Source: Bacteroidia bacterium
Lineage (GTDB): Bacteria; Bacteroidota; Bacteroidia; AKYH767-A; OLB10
Assembly (NCBI GenBank): GCA_020847635.1
Contig: JADLBQ010000026.1
Coordinates: forward strand, 3,531-67,530
Direction of reading: 5' to 3'
Length of the DNA stretch: 64,000 nt
Below are positions 38,205 to 48,255 of this stretch, in pieces. The translations under genes were made by a program, and so were the position numbers. The notes under the pieces were generated by a model. The model was not told the DNA's origin. It saw only the letters and a program-made list of their open reading frames with translations, and ran no database searches. The first letter of the stretch is position 1. Every line of letters begins with the position of its first letter.

Positions 38205-41200
38205 ATGAGCCGTCAAGTATATCCCGAATACCGTCAACTTGCCCTTCCGGCTATTGCTCAGCAGATTCTGGATGACTGGGAAAAGAATCAAACCTTTGAA
38301 AAAAGTATCACTGAGCGGGAAAATTGCCCTGATTTTACTTTTTATGAAGGTCCGCCTTCAGCTAATGGGCTGCCCGGCATTCATCATGTTATGGCAAGAA
38401 CCATTAAGGATATTTTCTGCCGGTTTAAGACTTTGCAAGGTTATCGGGTTAAGCGAAAAGGAGGATGGGATACCCATGGATTGCCTATTGAACTGAGTGT
38501 TGAGAAAACACTGGGTATCACAAAAGAAGATATTGGCAAAAAGATATCTGTAGAGGCATATAATCAAGCTTGCCGTGCTGAGGTGATGAAGTATAAAAAT
38601 ATTTGGGACGACCTCACCCGCCAAATGGGTTATTGGGTTGATCTGGACCATCCCTACATCACCTTTAACAACAGCTACATTGAAAGTTGCTGGTATTTGC
38701 TGAGTAAACTCTACGAACAGAACCTGCTCTATAAAGGCTATACCATCCAGCCTTATTCGCCTGCTGCCGGAACAGGGTTAAGTTCACATGAGCTGAATAT
38801 GCCAGGAACTTACAGGATGATTAAAGATACATCAGTTGTGGCAATGTTCAAAGTAAAAGCTGATGAAAAGTCAAAACTACTTTTTCCCCATGCAGGTGCT
38901 GAAGTCTATTTTCTGGCATGGACTACTACCCCGTGGACCTTACCTTCTAACTGTGCCCTGGCAGTCGGCAAGAACATTTCTTATTTACTAATTGACACGT
39001 TAAATCCTTATACAGCTGAACCCGTTTCGGTTGTATTGGCAGCGGAGTTAGTATCCAAATACTTTAAACCGGAGCATGAGAATACCAGCTTTTCTTCCTT
39101 TAAAGCAGGCGATAAAAATCTCCCATGGAAAGCAGTCAGCCGTTTTAAAGGCAGTGACCTGACCGGAATCCGGTATGAGCAATTGATGCCGTATGTCCGG
39201 CCGGAAGGAAAAGCATTTGAAGTCATTGCTGGCGACTTTGTTACAACCGAAGACGGAACCGGAATTGTTCATACTGCTTCTGTTTTTGGAGCTGATGATT
39301 TCAGGGTTTGCAACGAAAACGGGATCTCATCCATTCTGGTAAAGGGTGAAGATGGCCAGGTCTCTCCTTTGGTTGATAAAAGAGGCCGGTTTGTAAAAGA
39401 AGTAACTGATTTTGCCGGTGAATATGTGAAAGAAGAGTTTCTTTCAGAAGAAGAAAAAGAAATTGAAAGACAAAAACAGGGAGGCAAGAAATACCTGAGC
39501 ACCGATGAACGAATTGCCATAAAACTGAAAAAAGAAGGAAAGGCTTTTAAAGTTGAAAAATTTGAACACAGCTATCCGCATTGCTGGCGGACAGACAAGC
39601 CGGTGCTCTATTATCCGCTTGATTCCTGGTTTGCAAAAACCACAGCATTTAAAAGCCGGATGGTTGAACTGAACAATACCATCAACTGGAAACCGGTTTC
39701 AACCGGAACCGGAAGATTTGGCAACTGGCTTGAAAACCTGGTTGACTGGAATCTGTCACGTTCCCGGTTCTGGGGAATTCCACTGCCAATCTGGAGAACA
39801 GAAAACGGAGAAGAAGAAATCTGTATTGGCAGTATTGATCAGCTCTATCTTGAAATTGAAAAATCAGTGGCTGCCGGATGGATGACTGATAACCCGCTAC
39901 CTGCTCAAACCAAATTCAATCCAGAACTTGCGCTGAATCATCCCGGAGTTGACCTTCACCGGCCTTATATTGATCAAATTGTTTTAGTTTCAAAGTCAGG
40001 AAAAAAAATGATTCGTGAAACTGACCTGATTGATGTATGGTTTGACAGCGGATCAATGCCTTATGCTCAATGGGGACTTGACCATAAAAAACTAAAGGCC
40101 GGCCATTCCCATCCGTTTGCCGGTGATTTTAAAACTGCCTTTCCTGCAGATTTTATTGCTGAAGGAGTTGACCAGACCAGGGGATGGTTCTTTACTCTTC
40201 ATGCTATTGCTGTAATGCTGTTTGACTCTGTTGCATTTAAGAATGTAGTGAGCAACGGACTGGTTCTTGACAAGAATGGAAATAAGATGAGTAAGCGTCT
40301 TGGAAATGCAGTAGATCCGTTTGAAGTGATTAAAAAATACGGACCGGATGCTACCCGATGGTATATGATTTCAAATGCGCCACCTTGGGATAATCTGAAA
40401 TTCAATTCGGATGGAATTGCTGAAGTTCAGCGGAAATTCTTCGGTACATTATTTAACACTTACTCCTTCTTTTCCCTCTATGCCAACATTGATGAATTCT
40501 CTTTTGACGAAAACAAAGTGATTGCCGTTCAAAACCGATCTGAACTAGACCGCTGGATCATGTCCAAACTGAACAGCCTGGTTAAATCTGTATCCTCTGA
40601 CTTTAATAATTATGAACCCACCCAGGCAGTAAGATCGATTGAAGCGTTTGTAGATGAACAATTAAGTAACTGGTATGTACGGCTCTCTAGAAGAAGATTT
40701 TGGAAGTATAAAATGAGCGATGATAAAAGAGCTGCCTATGAAACCCTTTATCAATGCCTGATGACTCTGGCTCAGTTATGTAGTCCGGTGGCACCTTTCT
40801 TTTCAGACTGGCTTTACAAAAATCTGACCCAAAACCTTATCCCGGCAACCTCAGATCATAAATCCACCAAACCCGAATCCGTTCATCTTACACTCCTTCC
40901 TTTATCTGACAATGCGGTTATTGATGAGTTACTGGAAGAACGAATGGAACTGGCACAGAAAATCTCCAGTATGGTACTCTCCCTCAGAAAGAAGGTATCC
41001 ATTCGTGTCCGCCAACCACTCCAGCGGATTTTAATCCCAGTACTGAATGCTTCGTTAAAGCCAAAAATTGAATCGGTTAAAGAAATTATTCTCTCAGAAG
41101 TTAACATAAAACAAATCGAATACATTGACCATACCGAAGGACTGATTAATAAAAAAATAAAACCTGATTATAAAAAATTAGGAAAGAAACTGGGGCAAAA

Positions 41201-41678
41201 GATGAAAGAGGTTGCTGAAGCTCTTTTATCCTTGAATCAGCAGCAGATTTCTGACTTTGAAGTCTCCGGTACATTCCTCTTCAAATCAGTAGATGGCAAT
41301 GAGATCACATTAAACCTTGATGAAGTTGAAATCTTAACAGATGAGATGCCCGGCTGGGTTGTCAATTCAGAGGGGACTTTAACTGTTGCTTTAGATCTGA
41401 ACATTTCTCCTGTTCTCAGAAATGAAGGCCTTGCACGTGAACTGATTAACCGGATTCAGAATCTTCGAAAAGAGAAGGGCTTTGAAGTTACAGACAAAAT
41501 CAGTATTAAGCTTCAAAAGCATGATGAGTTGAATAATGCAGTCTCAGACAATTTGAATTATATTTGCGCGGAAATTTTAGCAGGTGATTTTGAGCTGACA
41601 GACCAGATTGAGCAACCTGCCATTGAAATTGAATTGGAAAACCATATTAAAACATTCATTACGATTGAAAGAATTTAA
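38205..41678 (+). CDS. ileS: Isoleucine--tRNA ligase (long, type 2 form)
   Basis: The 1157-aa ORF has the HIGH-region block PSANGLPGIHHVMART, the KMSKS motif (NKMSKRLGN), a CP1 editing domain and a long C-terminal extension. Confidence 0.95.
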   Translation: MSRQVYPEYRQLALPAIAQQILDDWEKNQTFEKSITERENCPDFTFYEGPPSANGLPGIHHVMARTIKDIFCRFKTLQGYRVKRKGGWDTHGLPIELSVEKTLGITKEDIGKKISVEAYNQACRAEVMKYKNIWDDLTRQMGYWVDLDHPYITFNNSYIESCWYLLSKLYEQNLLYKGYTIQPYSPAAGTGLSSHELNMPGTYRMIKDTSVVAMFKVKADEKSKLLFPHAGAEVYFLAWTTTPWTLPSNCALAVGKNISYLLIDTLNPYTAEPVSVVLAAELVSKYFKPEHENTSFSSFKAGDKNLPWKAVSRFKGSDLTGIRYEQLMPYVRPEGKAFEVIAGDFVTTEDGTGIVHTASVFGADDFRVCNENGISSILVKGEDGQVSPLVDKRGRFVKEVTDFAGEYVKEEFLSEEEKEIERQKQGGKKYLSTDERIAIKLKKEGKAFKVEKFEHSYPHCWRTDKPVLYYPLDSWFAKTTAFKSRMVELNNTINWKPVSTGTGRFGNWLENLVDWNLSRSRFWGIPLPIWRTENGEEEICIGSIDQLYLEIEKSVAAGWMTDNPLPAQTKFNPELALNHPGVDLHRPYIDQIVLVSKSGKKMIRETDLIDVWFDSGSMPYAQWGLDHKKLKAGHSHPFAGDFKTAFPADFIAEGVDQTRGWFFTLHAIAVMLFDSVAFKNVVSNGLVLDKNGNKMSKRLGNAVDPFEVIKKYGPDATRWYMISNAPPWDNLKFNSDGIAEVQRKFFGTLFNTYSFFSLYANIDEFSFDENKVIAVQNRSELDRWIMSKLNSLVKSVSSDFNNYEPTQAVRSIEAFVDEQLSNWYVRLSRRRFWKYKMSDDKRAAYETLYQCLMTLAQLCSPVAPFFSDWLYKNLTQNLIPATSDHKSTKPESVHLTLLPLSDNAVIDELLEERMELAQKISSMVLSLRKKVSIRVRQPLQRILIPVLNASLKPKIESVKEIILSEVNIKQIEYIDHTEGLINKKIKPDYKKLGKKLGQKMKEVAEALLSLNQQQISDFEVSGTFLFKSVDGNEITLNLDEVEILTDEMPGWVVNSEGTLTVALDLNISPVLRNEGLARELINRIQNLRKEKGFEVTDKISIKLQKHDELNNAVSDNLNYICAEILAGDFELTDQIEQPAIEIELENHIKTFITIERI

Positions 41679-41682
41679 CATT

Positions 41683-42537
41683 ATGGCAACAAAAAGTAAA
41701 AAGAAACCAGCAAAAGCCAAAAAGCAAATTAAGAAGGTTGCTACCCGTAAAAAAGTTGTAAAGGCTGTAAAAAAGCAGAAACTTGCGGCAAAGAAGGTAC
41801 TTAAAAACAAAACTAAGACTGTTGTTAAAAAGAAGGTTCAAAAGGTACCTAAAAAGACAACTGCACGGGTTTCAAAAAAGACCATAAAACCGGTTTCAAA
41901 AAAAGAAGCTAAAACTGAACGGAAAAATCCGGTTAAATCGGAAACAGAAACCAAAACACGGCTTTCCTTAAACGAACCAAAGCGAAGAGGCAGAAAACCG
42001 GCACCTAAACCTGAAACTGAAAAATCTTCGCAACCTCGGATATTTGATGTGGTTTATGTACCAATGGAAATGAAACCCAAACCGGCTCCTACTTTTATTC
42101 CCATGCGCCAGATGCCAGATGTAAAACTTCCTGAAAAGAAATCTCAGGATGCATCTCACAATAAAACCCGATACAGCGATAAAGAACTGAAAGAATTCAA
42201 GGCGCTGATTGAGCGCAAACTTCATGATGCCCGGATTGAATTAGACAACCTACAGTCTTCTCTTCTAACTTTGAATGAGCATGGTACAGATGATACCGGC
42301 TCGAATTTCAAAATGCTGGAAGATGGCTCTGAAACCCTGGCAAAGGAAGAAGCAAGTAGCCTTGCATTACGCCAGAAAAAATATGTTGAACAACTTGAGA
42401 ATGCCTTAAAACGGATTGAAAACAAAACGTATGGAATTTGCCGAGTAACCGGTAAGCTGATTCCAAGAGAACGTTTGCTGGCAGTTCCTCATACCACTCA
42501 AAGTATCGAAGCAAAAATGAAACAGTACGGTAACTGA
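41683..42537 (+). CDS. DksA/TraR-family protein lacking the C4 zinc finger, with a lysine-rich histone-H1-like N-terminal extension
   Basis: I chose the ATG at 41683 (MATKSKKKPAKAKK...) rather than the ORF-track start at 41608, which overlaps ileS. The C-terminal ~125 aa (KTRYSDKELKEFKALIERKL...IENKTYGICRVTGKLIPRERLLAVPHTTQSIEAK) looks like the DksA-like protein I recall between ileS and lspA in Bacteroidota. The first ~155 aa are K/A/V/P-rich and low in complexity. Confidence 0.7.
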   Translation: MATKSKKKPAKAKKQIKKVATRKKVVKAVKKQKLAAKKVLKNKTKTVVKKKVQKVPKKTTARVSKKTIKPVSKKEAKTERKNPVKSETETKTRLSLNEPKRRGRKPAPKPETEKSSQPRIFDVVYVPMEMKPKPAPTFIPMRQMPDVKLPEKKSQDASHNKTRYSDKELKEFKALIERKLHDARIELDNLQSSLLTLNEHGTDDTGSNFKMLEDGSETLAKEEASSLALRQKKYVEQLENALKRIENKTYGICRVTGKLIPRERLLAVPHTTQSIEAKMKQYGN

Positions 42538-42565
42538 GAATGATCTGATTAAACGGTTACGGCAC

Positions 42566-43252
42566 TTGCTCTCACGTCCTGCTTTCAGAAAATCATTCCT
42601 GATAATCAGCTTGGTTATACTGATTGACCAGGCTGTTAAAATTTATATTAAAACCACCATGTATCTCGGTCAGGAGTACCGGATAACCGATTGGTTTTTT
42701 ATCCACTTTACCGAAAATAACGGAATGGCATTTGGTTTTGAGTTTGAAGGTGCCTTTGGCAAACTATTCTTATCCTTCTTCCGAATTGCAGCCTTAGCAG
42801 TTATTGGTTTTTACCTGTTTCGAACCATCCGAAGGAATGATAACCCCAAATGGGTAACTGCCCTTTCGCTTGTTTTTGCCGGTGCACTGGGCAATATTAT
42901 TGACAGTGTGTTTTATGGCAAAATCTTTTCGGGCAGTGAGTTCAGTGCAGCTACCATGTTTCCTTCGGATGGAGGGTACGCTTCGTGGTTCCATGGTAAA
43001 GTTGTAGATATGCTTTATTTTCCACTTTTAAGCGGAACTTTCCCTACCTGGGTTCCCATCTGGGGAGGTGAGTATTTTATCTTTTTCAGGCCGGTATTCA
43101 ATATTGCAGACTCTTCCATAACTTGCGGAATGCTCTATATTCTGTTATTTCAGAAACAAATTTTTCATGTTACGGATAAGAATCAAACGGTTCGCGATCA
43201 TGCTTCACCTACTGCTTCTGAAAAAAACAAAGAATTTACCGGTGACAACTGA
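42566..43252 (+). CDS. lspA: Lipoprotein signal peptidase II
   Basis: The 228-aa ORF uses a TTG start and has four TM helices. The conserved blocks are NNGMAFGF and FNIADSSI (the catalytic Asp). Confidence 0.85.
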   Translation: MLSRPAFRKSFLIISLVILIDQAVKIYIKTTMYLGQEYRITDWFFIHFTENNGMAFGFEFEGAFGKLFLSFFRIAALAVIGFYLFRTIRRNDNPKWVTALSLVFAGALGNIIDSVFYGKIFSGSEFSAATMFPSDGGYASWFHGKVVDMLYFPLLSGTFPTWVPIWGGEYFIFFRPVFNIADSSITCGMLYILLFQKQIFHVTDKNQTVRDHASPTASEKNKEFTGDN

Positions 43253-43255
43253 GAA

Positions 43256-44125
43256 TCAGATTATTTTATAATTCCGGTATTCGCCTACCCGCCATCCGGT
43301 CACTTTTTCGACTTCCATCAGAAACCGGTTTTTCAGAGATAATTTTTTCTTTCCTGGATCAATTGACACGCTCCAGTTCATTTGTTCAATTCTTTGCTTC
43401 ATTACTTCCGGATGCGAACCTTGATACAAAGCAATGGAATCTATTTGCGAGTAATCAAACGCTTTTGCTTCTCCCACATTTTTATTCAGCCAGGAATCAT
43501 CATGCCATAGGCGATGAAACGCTCTCTGCTTCAACTGTTGCTTTTCAGGGGGCTTTACCCACCCATAATGAAAGATTGAAGCAGGAACTTTTTTAACTTT
43601 CAGTTTATTCCCATTCTTTCTAAATCCCTGAGCGTCCTTCCAGGAAGTAACAGCCGGATCATTGCGCAGAATCCGGATTTCTCTGCGATACCATTTTCGT
43701 GAATCTCCATAATAAAGATATGAACCGTAAAAGTGAATATAGTTAAACAGAAATCCTTCAACCAATGGGTCATCCTTATACTGATGCATGGCTAACCTGA
43801 TTGCCTCATAATCCTGTTCATGGATAACTTCATCTGCCTGAAGATAAATTGCCCAGGTTGCTTTGGGTGTGATTGAAGCCATTGCCTTATTAGTTTCAAC
43901 AGCCAGCACCCTTCCACCCTCTCTGAGCGAATCATCCCATACCGAATCAATAATTTTAATTTTGAAAGAGTTCAGTTGTTCAATTGCCCTGCGCGTACCG
44001 TCTTCCGAATTCCCAACAGCAACAATCAACTCGTCCACCAGCGGTAACATTGACAAAATGGATTCCCTGAAAGGGTAATCCAACCGGATTCCGTTTCTGA
44101 CAAAGGTGAATCCGCTGATCATCAT
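43256..44125 (-). CDS. Glycosyltransferase family 2 protein
   Basis: The 289-aa ORF has a GT-A N-terminus (ISGFTFVRNGIRLDYPFRESILSMLPLVDELIVAVGNSEDGT) and a DxD-like QADE motif. Confidence 0.65.
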   Translation of the reverse strand: MMISGFTFVRNGIRLDYPFRESILSMLPLVDELIVAVGNSEDGTRRAIEQLNSFKIKIIDSVWDDSLREGGRVLAVETNKAMASITPKATWAIYLQADEVIHEQDYEAIRLAMHQYKDDPLVEGFLFNYIHFYGSYLYYGDSRKWYRREIRILRNDPAVTSWKDAQGFRKNGNKLKVKKVPASIFHYGWVKPPEKQQLKQRAFHRLWHDDSWLNKNVGEAKAFDYSQIDSIALYQGSHPEVMKQRIEQMNWSVSIDPGKKKLSLKNRFLMEVEKVTGWRVGEYRNYKII

Positions 44126-44128
44126 ATA

Positions 44129-45487
44129 TTACCTTTTCTGCCTGGTCTGAATTCCGATATAATTAAAAGGTGTAAGTGCTTTCAGTTCCCTTTTTACAGA
44201 AATTTTAATATCCAGTGAATTAATAAAAGACTGAATTTCTTTCCGGCTTACTTTCTTTTTTTTCCGTGTCAGCATTTTCAAAGCATTATACGGGTCAGGA
44301 TATTTTTCACGTCTTAGAATGGTTTGAATTCCTTCTGCTACAACTGCCCAGTTCTCATCCAGATCTTTTTTTATTTCTGCTTCATTCGGCTTAATCCGCT
44401 CCAGGCCTTTAATTAATGATTTCAGTGCAATTACAGTATGAGCAAACGGAACTCCTGCGTTTCTGAGAGTGCTTGAATCGGTCAGATCACGCTGTAATCT
44501 TGATACAGGAAGTTTAGCAGACAGGAATTCAAAAACAGCATTGGCCATTGCCAGATTGGCTTCTGCATTTTCAAAATCAATCGGGTTAATCTTATGAGGC
44601 ATTGCCGAAGAACCAACTTCACCTTTGACCACTTCCTGAACAAAATAATTCATTGAGATATAACTCCACACATCCCTGGATAAGTCAATCAAAACAGTAT
44701 TCAGCCGTTTTAAATTATCACACAATGCAGCAAAATGATCATAGTGTTCGATTTGTGTTGTCGGGAAAGAACGACACAGGCCAAATGAATTAATAAACTT
44801 CCCGGCAAACCGGTTCCAGTCAATTTTCGGATAAGCAACAGCGTGCGCATTGAAATTACCGGTTGCACCACCAAACTTTGCCGCATGTGGTATTGTTTTA
44901 AGCAGCCTTAGCTGCTCATCCAGCCGAACCACAAAAACACTAATTTCCTTACCCAGCATGGTAGGTGAAGCCGGCTGCCCATGCGTATGAGCAAGCATTG
45001 GGATTTGACTCCACTTTGCTGCTAATTGATTCAATTTGCGTTTCAGTGAATTCATCAATGGAAGATATACCTTTTCCAGGCACAGCTTTACTGAAAGTGG
45101 TAGAGCAGTATTATTTATATCCTGTGAAGTAAGTCCAAAATGGATAAACTCCTGATATTTCTCCAGACTCAGATCTTTAAACCGTTCACGAAGAAAGTAC
45201 TCAACTGCTTTTACATCATGATTGGTTGTCCGCTCAATTTCTTTGATCCTTTTTAAATCAGTCTCATTCAGTTCCTCGTAAATTCCTCTGACGGATTGAA
45301 AAATTCCAGGATTAACCTGCTTTAACTGTGGTAACGGCAATTTACACAGTGCAATAAAATATTCGACTTCAACCTGGATTCTGAATTTCATTAGAGCACC
45401 TTCTGAAAAATAAGATGCCAGCTCCATGCATTTGCTCCAATACCTCCCGTCAATCGGGCTCATTGCACTCAGTGTTGTTAGATTCAT
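44129..45487 (-). CDS. purB: Adenylosuccinate lyase
   Basis: I preferred the start MNLTTLSAMSPIDGRYWSK at 45487, which gives 452 aa. The fumarate-lyase signature GSSAMPHKINPIDFEN is present. Confidence 0.9.
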   Translation of the reverse strand: MNLTTLSAMSPIDGRYWSKCMELASYFSEGALMKFRIQVEVEYFIALCKLPLPQLKQVNPGIFQSVRGIYEELNETDLKRIKEIERTTNHDVKAVEYFLRERFKDLSLEKYQEFIHFGLTSQDINNTALPLSVKLCLEKVYLPLMNSLKRKLNQLAAKWSQIPMLAHTHGQPASPTMLGKEISVFVVRLDEQLRLLKTIPHAAKFGGATGNFNAHAVAYPKIDWNRFAGKFINSFGLCRSFPTTQIEHYDHFAALCDNLKRLNTVLIDLSRDVWSYISMNYFVQEVVKGEVGSSAMPHKINPIDFENAEANLAMANAVFEFLSAKLPVSRLQRDLTDSSTLRNAGVPFAHTVIALKSLIKGLERIKPNEAEIKKDLDENWAVVAEGIQTILRREKYPDPYNALKMLTRKKKKVSRKEIQSFINSLDIKISVKRELKALTPFNYIGIQTRQKR

Positions 45488-45581
45488 AAAAATTGAATAC
45501 TGCTGGCGAAGATACACAGTTGAGTGCTCTACTAAAATTAAAAGTTTCAATTACTCAAATTTGCAAAAAATAGATTTTGTT

Positions 45582-46277
45582 ATGAAATTTTCTGTATTGA
45601 TCTTATTCTTTTTACTGGCTGGCCTGGCTTTAAAGGGGCAGTCACCGCTTATCAGAGACACTGTCTTCATATCAGACCCGGGTGATAAAAACTGGGTAAC
45701 CTGCGAAGTTTATACGCAAAGTGGAGCCTTGTTTCAAAAGGGATCCTTATACAAAGGTCAGAAAATGGGATTATGGCGAACCTGGAATGCTTTTCAAAGA
45801 ATATCTTCAATGGAAGAATACAGAAATGGCATCCTGAATGGAGTCCGTTACGAATTTGACCCAAACGGATATTTTGAAAAGGAAGAAAACTATATAAATG
45901 GAAAACTTAATGGTAAAAAAATCAAATGGCAATTCGGTAATCAGGTCACTTTTGAAGAAAACTACCTGGACGGCTTGTTGAACGGTGAGATTAAAGCATT
46001 TTATGAGAATAACCAGCGACAGGAAGAAGCAAACTATAAAAACGGGAAACGAGATGGCATCAGTAAATGGTTTTTTGATGATGGATCAATCAGCATTCAA
46101 TACACGTACAAAAACGGAATTCTTGATGGGCCGGCATTAACCTACTGGCGAAACGGGAAACTTCAGTCAGAAGGGAATTACTCGGACAACCTGGAGCAGG
46201 GCGAGTGGAAAGAGTACAATGAAGAAGGAGAATTAATTAAAACAACCCGTTACGAAAAAGGAAAGAAACTGAACTGA
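45582..46277 (+). CDS. MORN-repeat-variant (YwqK-like) secreted protein
   Basis: I preferred the start MKFSVLILFFLLAGLALKGQ at 45582, because the ORF-track start at 45426 overlaps purB. Repeated units of the type G.W..Y..NG....E.NY.NGK..G run through the sequence. Confidence 0.7.
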   Translation: MKFSVLILFFLLAGLALKGQSPLIRDTVFISDPGDKNWVTCEVYTQSGALFQKGSLYKGQKMGLWRTWNAFQRISSMEEYRNGILNGVRYEFDPNGYFEKEENYINGKLNGKKIKWQFGNQVTFEENYLDGLLNGEIKAFYENNQRQEEANYKNGKRDGISKWFFDDGSISIQYTYKNGILDGPALTYWRNGKLQSEGNYSDNLEQGEWKEYNEEGELIKTTRYEKGKKLN

Positions 46278-46282
46278 GAATT

Positions 46283-46999
46283 TTATTTCCCGGAAACATA
46301 AAATTTCATCAGTGAGCGTTTAGCCAGCGGTAACATTGTTTCATCTACCGGAAGGTAAATGGATGATTCAACCGCATAAGTAGCGGGGTTCGGAAAACTC
46401 CGGTTATAGCGAATCAGCTCCTGCTTGATACTTTCAACAGTATTCGTAATTGATAAGGTGAAGTTGCATAAATACTTTGTATAAATACTTCTTAATTTCT
46501 CATTCGGGTTTTCAATTAGTGTGACCTGGTATTCATACACCTGTGTTTCCCGTGTACCGGGAACCAACAGTAAGATATAGCCTTCATTTACATTTAACGG
46601 GACTACTCCCACCGGGTAGATATTTATTTTGGATTCAATAAAATCATACAATTGTTTTCCATCGGTCAGATATTTCTCAAACTGGGGAATAGAAAAAGAA
46701 ATGATGTTTTCAATTTCCTGCATCAGTGTGTCATCTTCAATCAGTTTATCATACATCAATTTAAAGTTCTTCAGATCAGTGCCTGAAAGTTTTGCCGGAA
46801 ACTGGTCAAACAGGTTATGTTTGCTTTCCTTTAAAGCAATGACATTCCGGTAATGTTCAATCAACTCACTCAGTGAAGGATAAAGCTTTATATCGCTGAA
46901 TTTATCATTCACATGCTGAAGCCATGCCAGTAAAACATACTTTTTATATTCAAAGTCAATGTACTTTTCTGTAATCCAGTTTTTGCTAAGTGATTCCAT
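46283..46999 (-). CDS. Hypothetical protein
   Basis: The 238-aa ORF has no signal peptide and no family that I recognise. Coding is supported only by ORF length and by its tight fit between neighbouring genes. Confidence 0.5.
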   Translation of the reverse strand: MESLSKNWITEKYIDFEYKKYVLLAWLQHVNDKFSDIKLYPSLSELIEHYRNVIALKESKHNLFDQFPAKLSGTDLKNFKLMYDKLIEDDTLMQEIENIISFSIPQFEKYLTDGKQLYDFIESKINIYPVGVVPLNVNEGYILLLVPGTRETQVYEYQVTLIENPNEKLRSIYTKYLCNFTLSITNTVESIKQELIRYNRSFPNPATYAVESSIYLPVDETMLPLAKRSLMKFYVSGK

Positions 47000-47049
47000 T
47001 TATCCTTGTGTATTTACATTCATTTGTTTAAAACTAAACACGTAATACG

Positions 47050-47057
47050 TAAATTTG
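47050..47057 (+). promoter_or_regulatory. -7 promoter box TAAATTTG upstream of the OmpA-family gene
   Basis: The sequence matches TAnnTTTG and lies 72 nt upstream of the ATG at 47130. Confidence 0.3.
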
Positions 47058-47129
47058 ATATTAACTGTTCATGAAATTTACATTTAGTATTATCTGTTTT
47101 GTTACCACAAAAATAAAACCACAATCAAA

Positions 47130-48110
47130 ATGAGAAAATTTAATTTTTACCTCTTTGTTGCATTGGCTGCATTTTTTGCTTCGGGATGTATCCCTGCCAG
47201 AAAATTTGAAGATGTTTCAGCAAAAAAAGAGAAATGTGAAGAAGCACTTGCTTCTACAAGAGCCGAAAACCTGGAACTACGAACCCGCAATGAAGAATTG
47301 GCTAAATCGGTAAATGATTATAAATCTGACAAATCAAGGCTTGAAAAAGATACAACGGATAACGGAATCGCATACCGTAAACTGACCAGCCTGTATAATG
47401 AGCTCACAAACTCTTATGAGAAGTTGCTCTCTAATAATGAAAAACTGAGTCAAGGTAAAGCAGATGAAACACGCAAAGCATTGGCTTCCCTCCAGTCAGC
47501 CCAGGAAGAGTTATTCAGGAAAGAAGATGAATTAAGAAAAAAAGAAGCAGCCTTGAACGAGACTAACAGCAAACTGAAATCCCGGGAATCCAGGATCAGT
47601 GAACTGGAGGGCCTCATCCATAAGCAGGACTCAAGCCTGAAAGCATTAAAGGATAACCTGACTCAGGCATTGATTGGCTATAAAGATAAAGGGATTACGG
47701 TTGAAGAACGGAACGGGAAAGTATATGTGTCGCTTGAAGAACGTCTTTTGTTCTCTTCGGGTAGCATTGTGGTTGATAAGGCCGGAGTAGCTGCTCTCAG
47801 GGATGTAGCACAGGCATTGGCAAAAAATCCGGATCTTCAAATTCTAATAGAAGGCCATACAGACAATGTACCAATTACCACAAACTGTATTAAAGATAAC
47901 TGGGATTTAAGCGTTTTACGCGCTACCTCTGTAGTAAGAATTCTGATGAAAGAGGCAACCATCAAGCCTATCCAGCTTACACCATCGGGGAAAAGCGAAT
48001 ACCTGCCGGTAGATACCGCTAATTCAGCAGAAGCTCGCAGGAAGAACCGCAGAATTGAAATCATCCTTATTCCTGATCTGGCTGAAATCTTCAAGGTTGT
48101 AGGCCAGTAA
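47130..48110 (+). CDS. OmpA/MotB-family peptidoglycan-binding lipoprotein with a long coiled-coil
   Basis: The 326-aa ORF has a lipobox (FFASGC) and about 150 aa of heptad-like, E/K/L-rich sequence. Its OmpA_C domain reads IEGHTDNVP...NWDLSVLRATSVVRIL...RKNRRIEIIL. Confidence 0.8.
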   Translation: MRKFNFYLFVALAAFFASGCIPARKFEDVSAKKEKCEEALASTRAENLELRTRNEELAKSVNDYKSDKSRLEKDTTDNGIAYRKLTSLYNELTNSYEKLLSNNEKLSQGKADETRKALASLQSAQEELFRKEDELRKKEAALNETNSKLKSRESRISELEGLIHKQDSSLKALKDNLTQALIGYKDKGITVEERNGKVYVSLEERLLFSSGSIVVDKAGVAALRDVAQALAKNPDLQILIEGHTDNVPITTNCIKDNWDLSVLRATSVVRILMKEATIKPIQLTPSGKSEYLPVDTANSAEARRKNRRIEIILIPDLAEIFKVVGQ

Positions 48111-48255
48111 ATGCTTGTGTATCCGAGCAAGAAAGCGGATTCCTGTATAATTTTTTAAATAAAAAAACAACAATTTGTTTTTCAAGCATTTTCTTATCAT
48201 TGCACCCACTTTAAGCTTAAAACATTAAAATCTGAAAATTCTAAACAACTTTGTT

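Noticed and set aside
41577-41841. Two minus-strand ORFs (77 and 60 aa), and the ORF-track start at 41608 for the DksA-like gene
   Set aside because: The minus-strand ORFs are the Phe/Leu-rich antisense reading of the AAG/AAA-rich lysine repeat region. The 41608 start overlaps the last 70 nt of ileS and encodes a non-conserved-looking peptide. The ATG at 41683, five nt after the ileS stop, is more plausible.
45426-45581. Long N-terminal extensions proposed by the ORF track: MORN protein at 45426, purB at 45550, adaptor at 38122, btuB-like at 32940, PepSY-like at 62685 and glyQS at 50927
   Set aside because: Each extension overlaps a neighbouring gene or a promoter box, or precedes an obvious signal peptide or a conserved N-terminus. 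I chose the internal starts instead.
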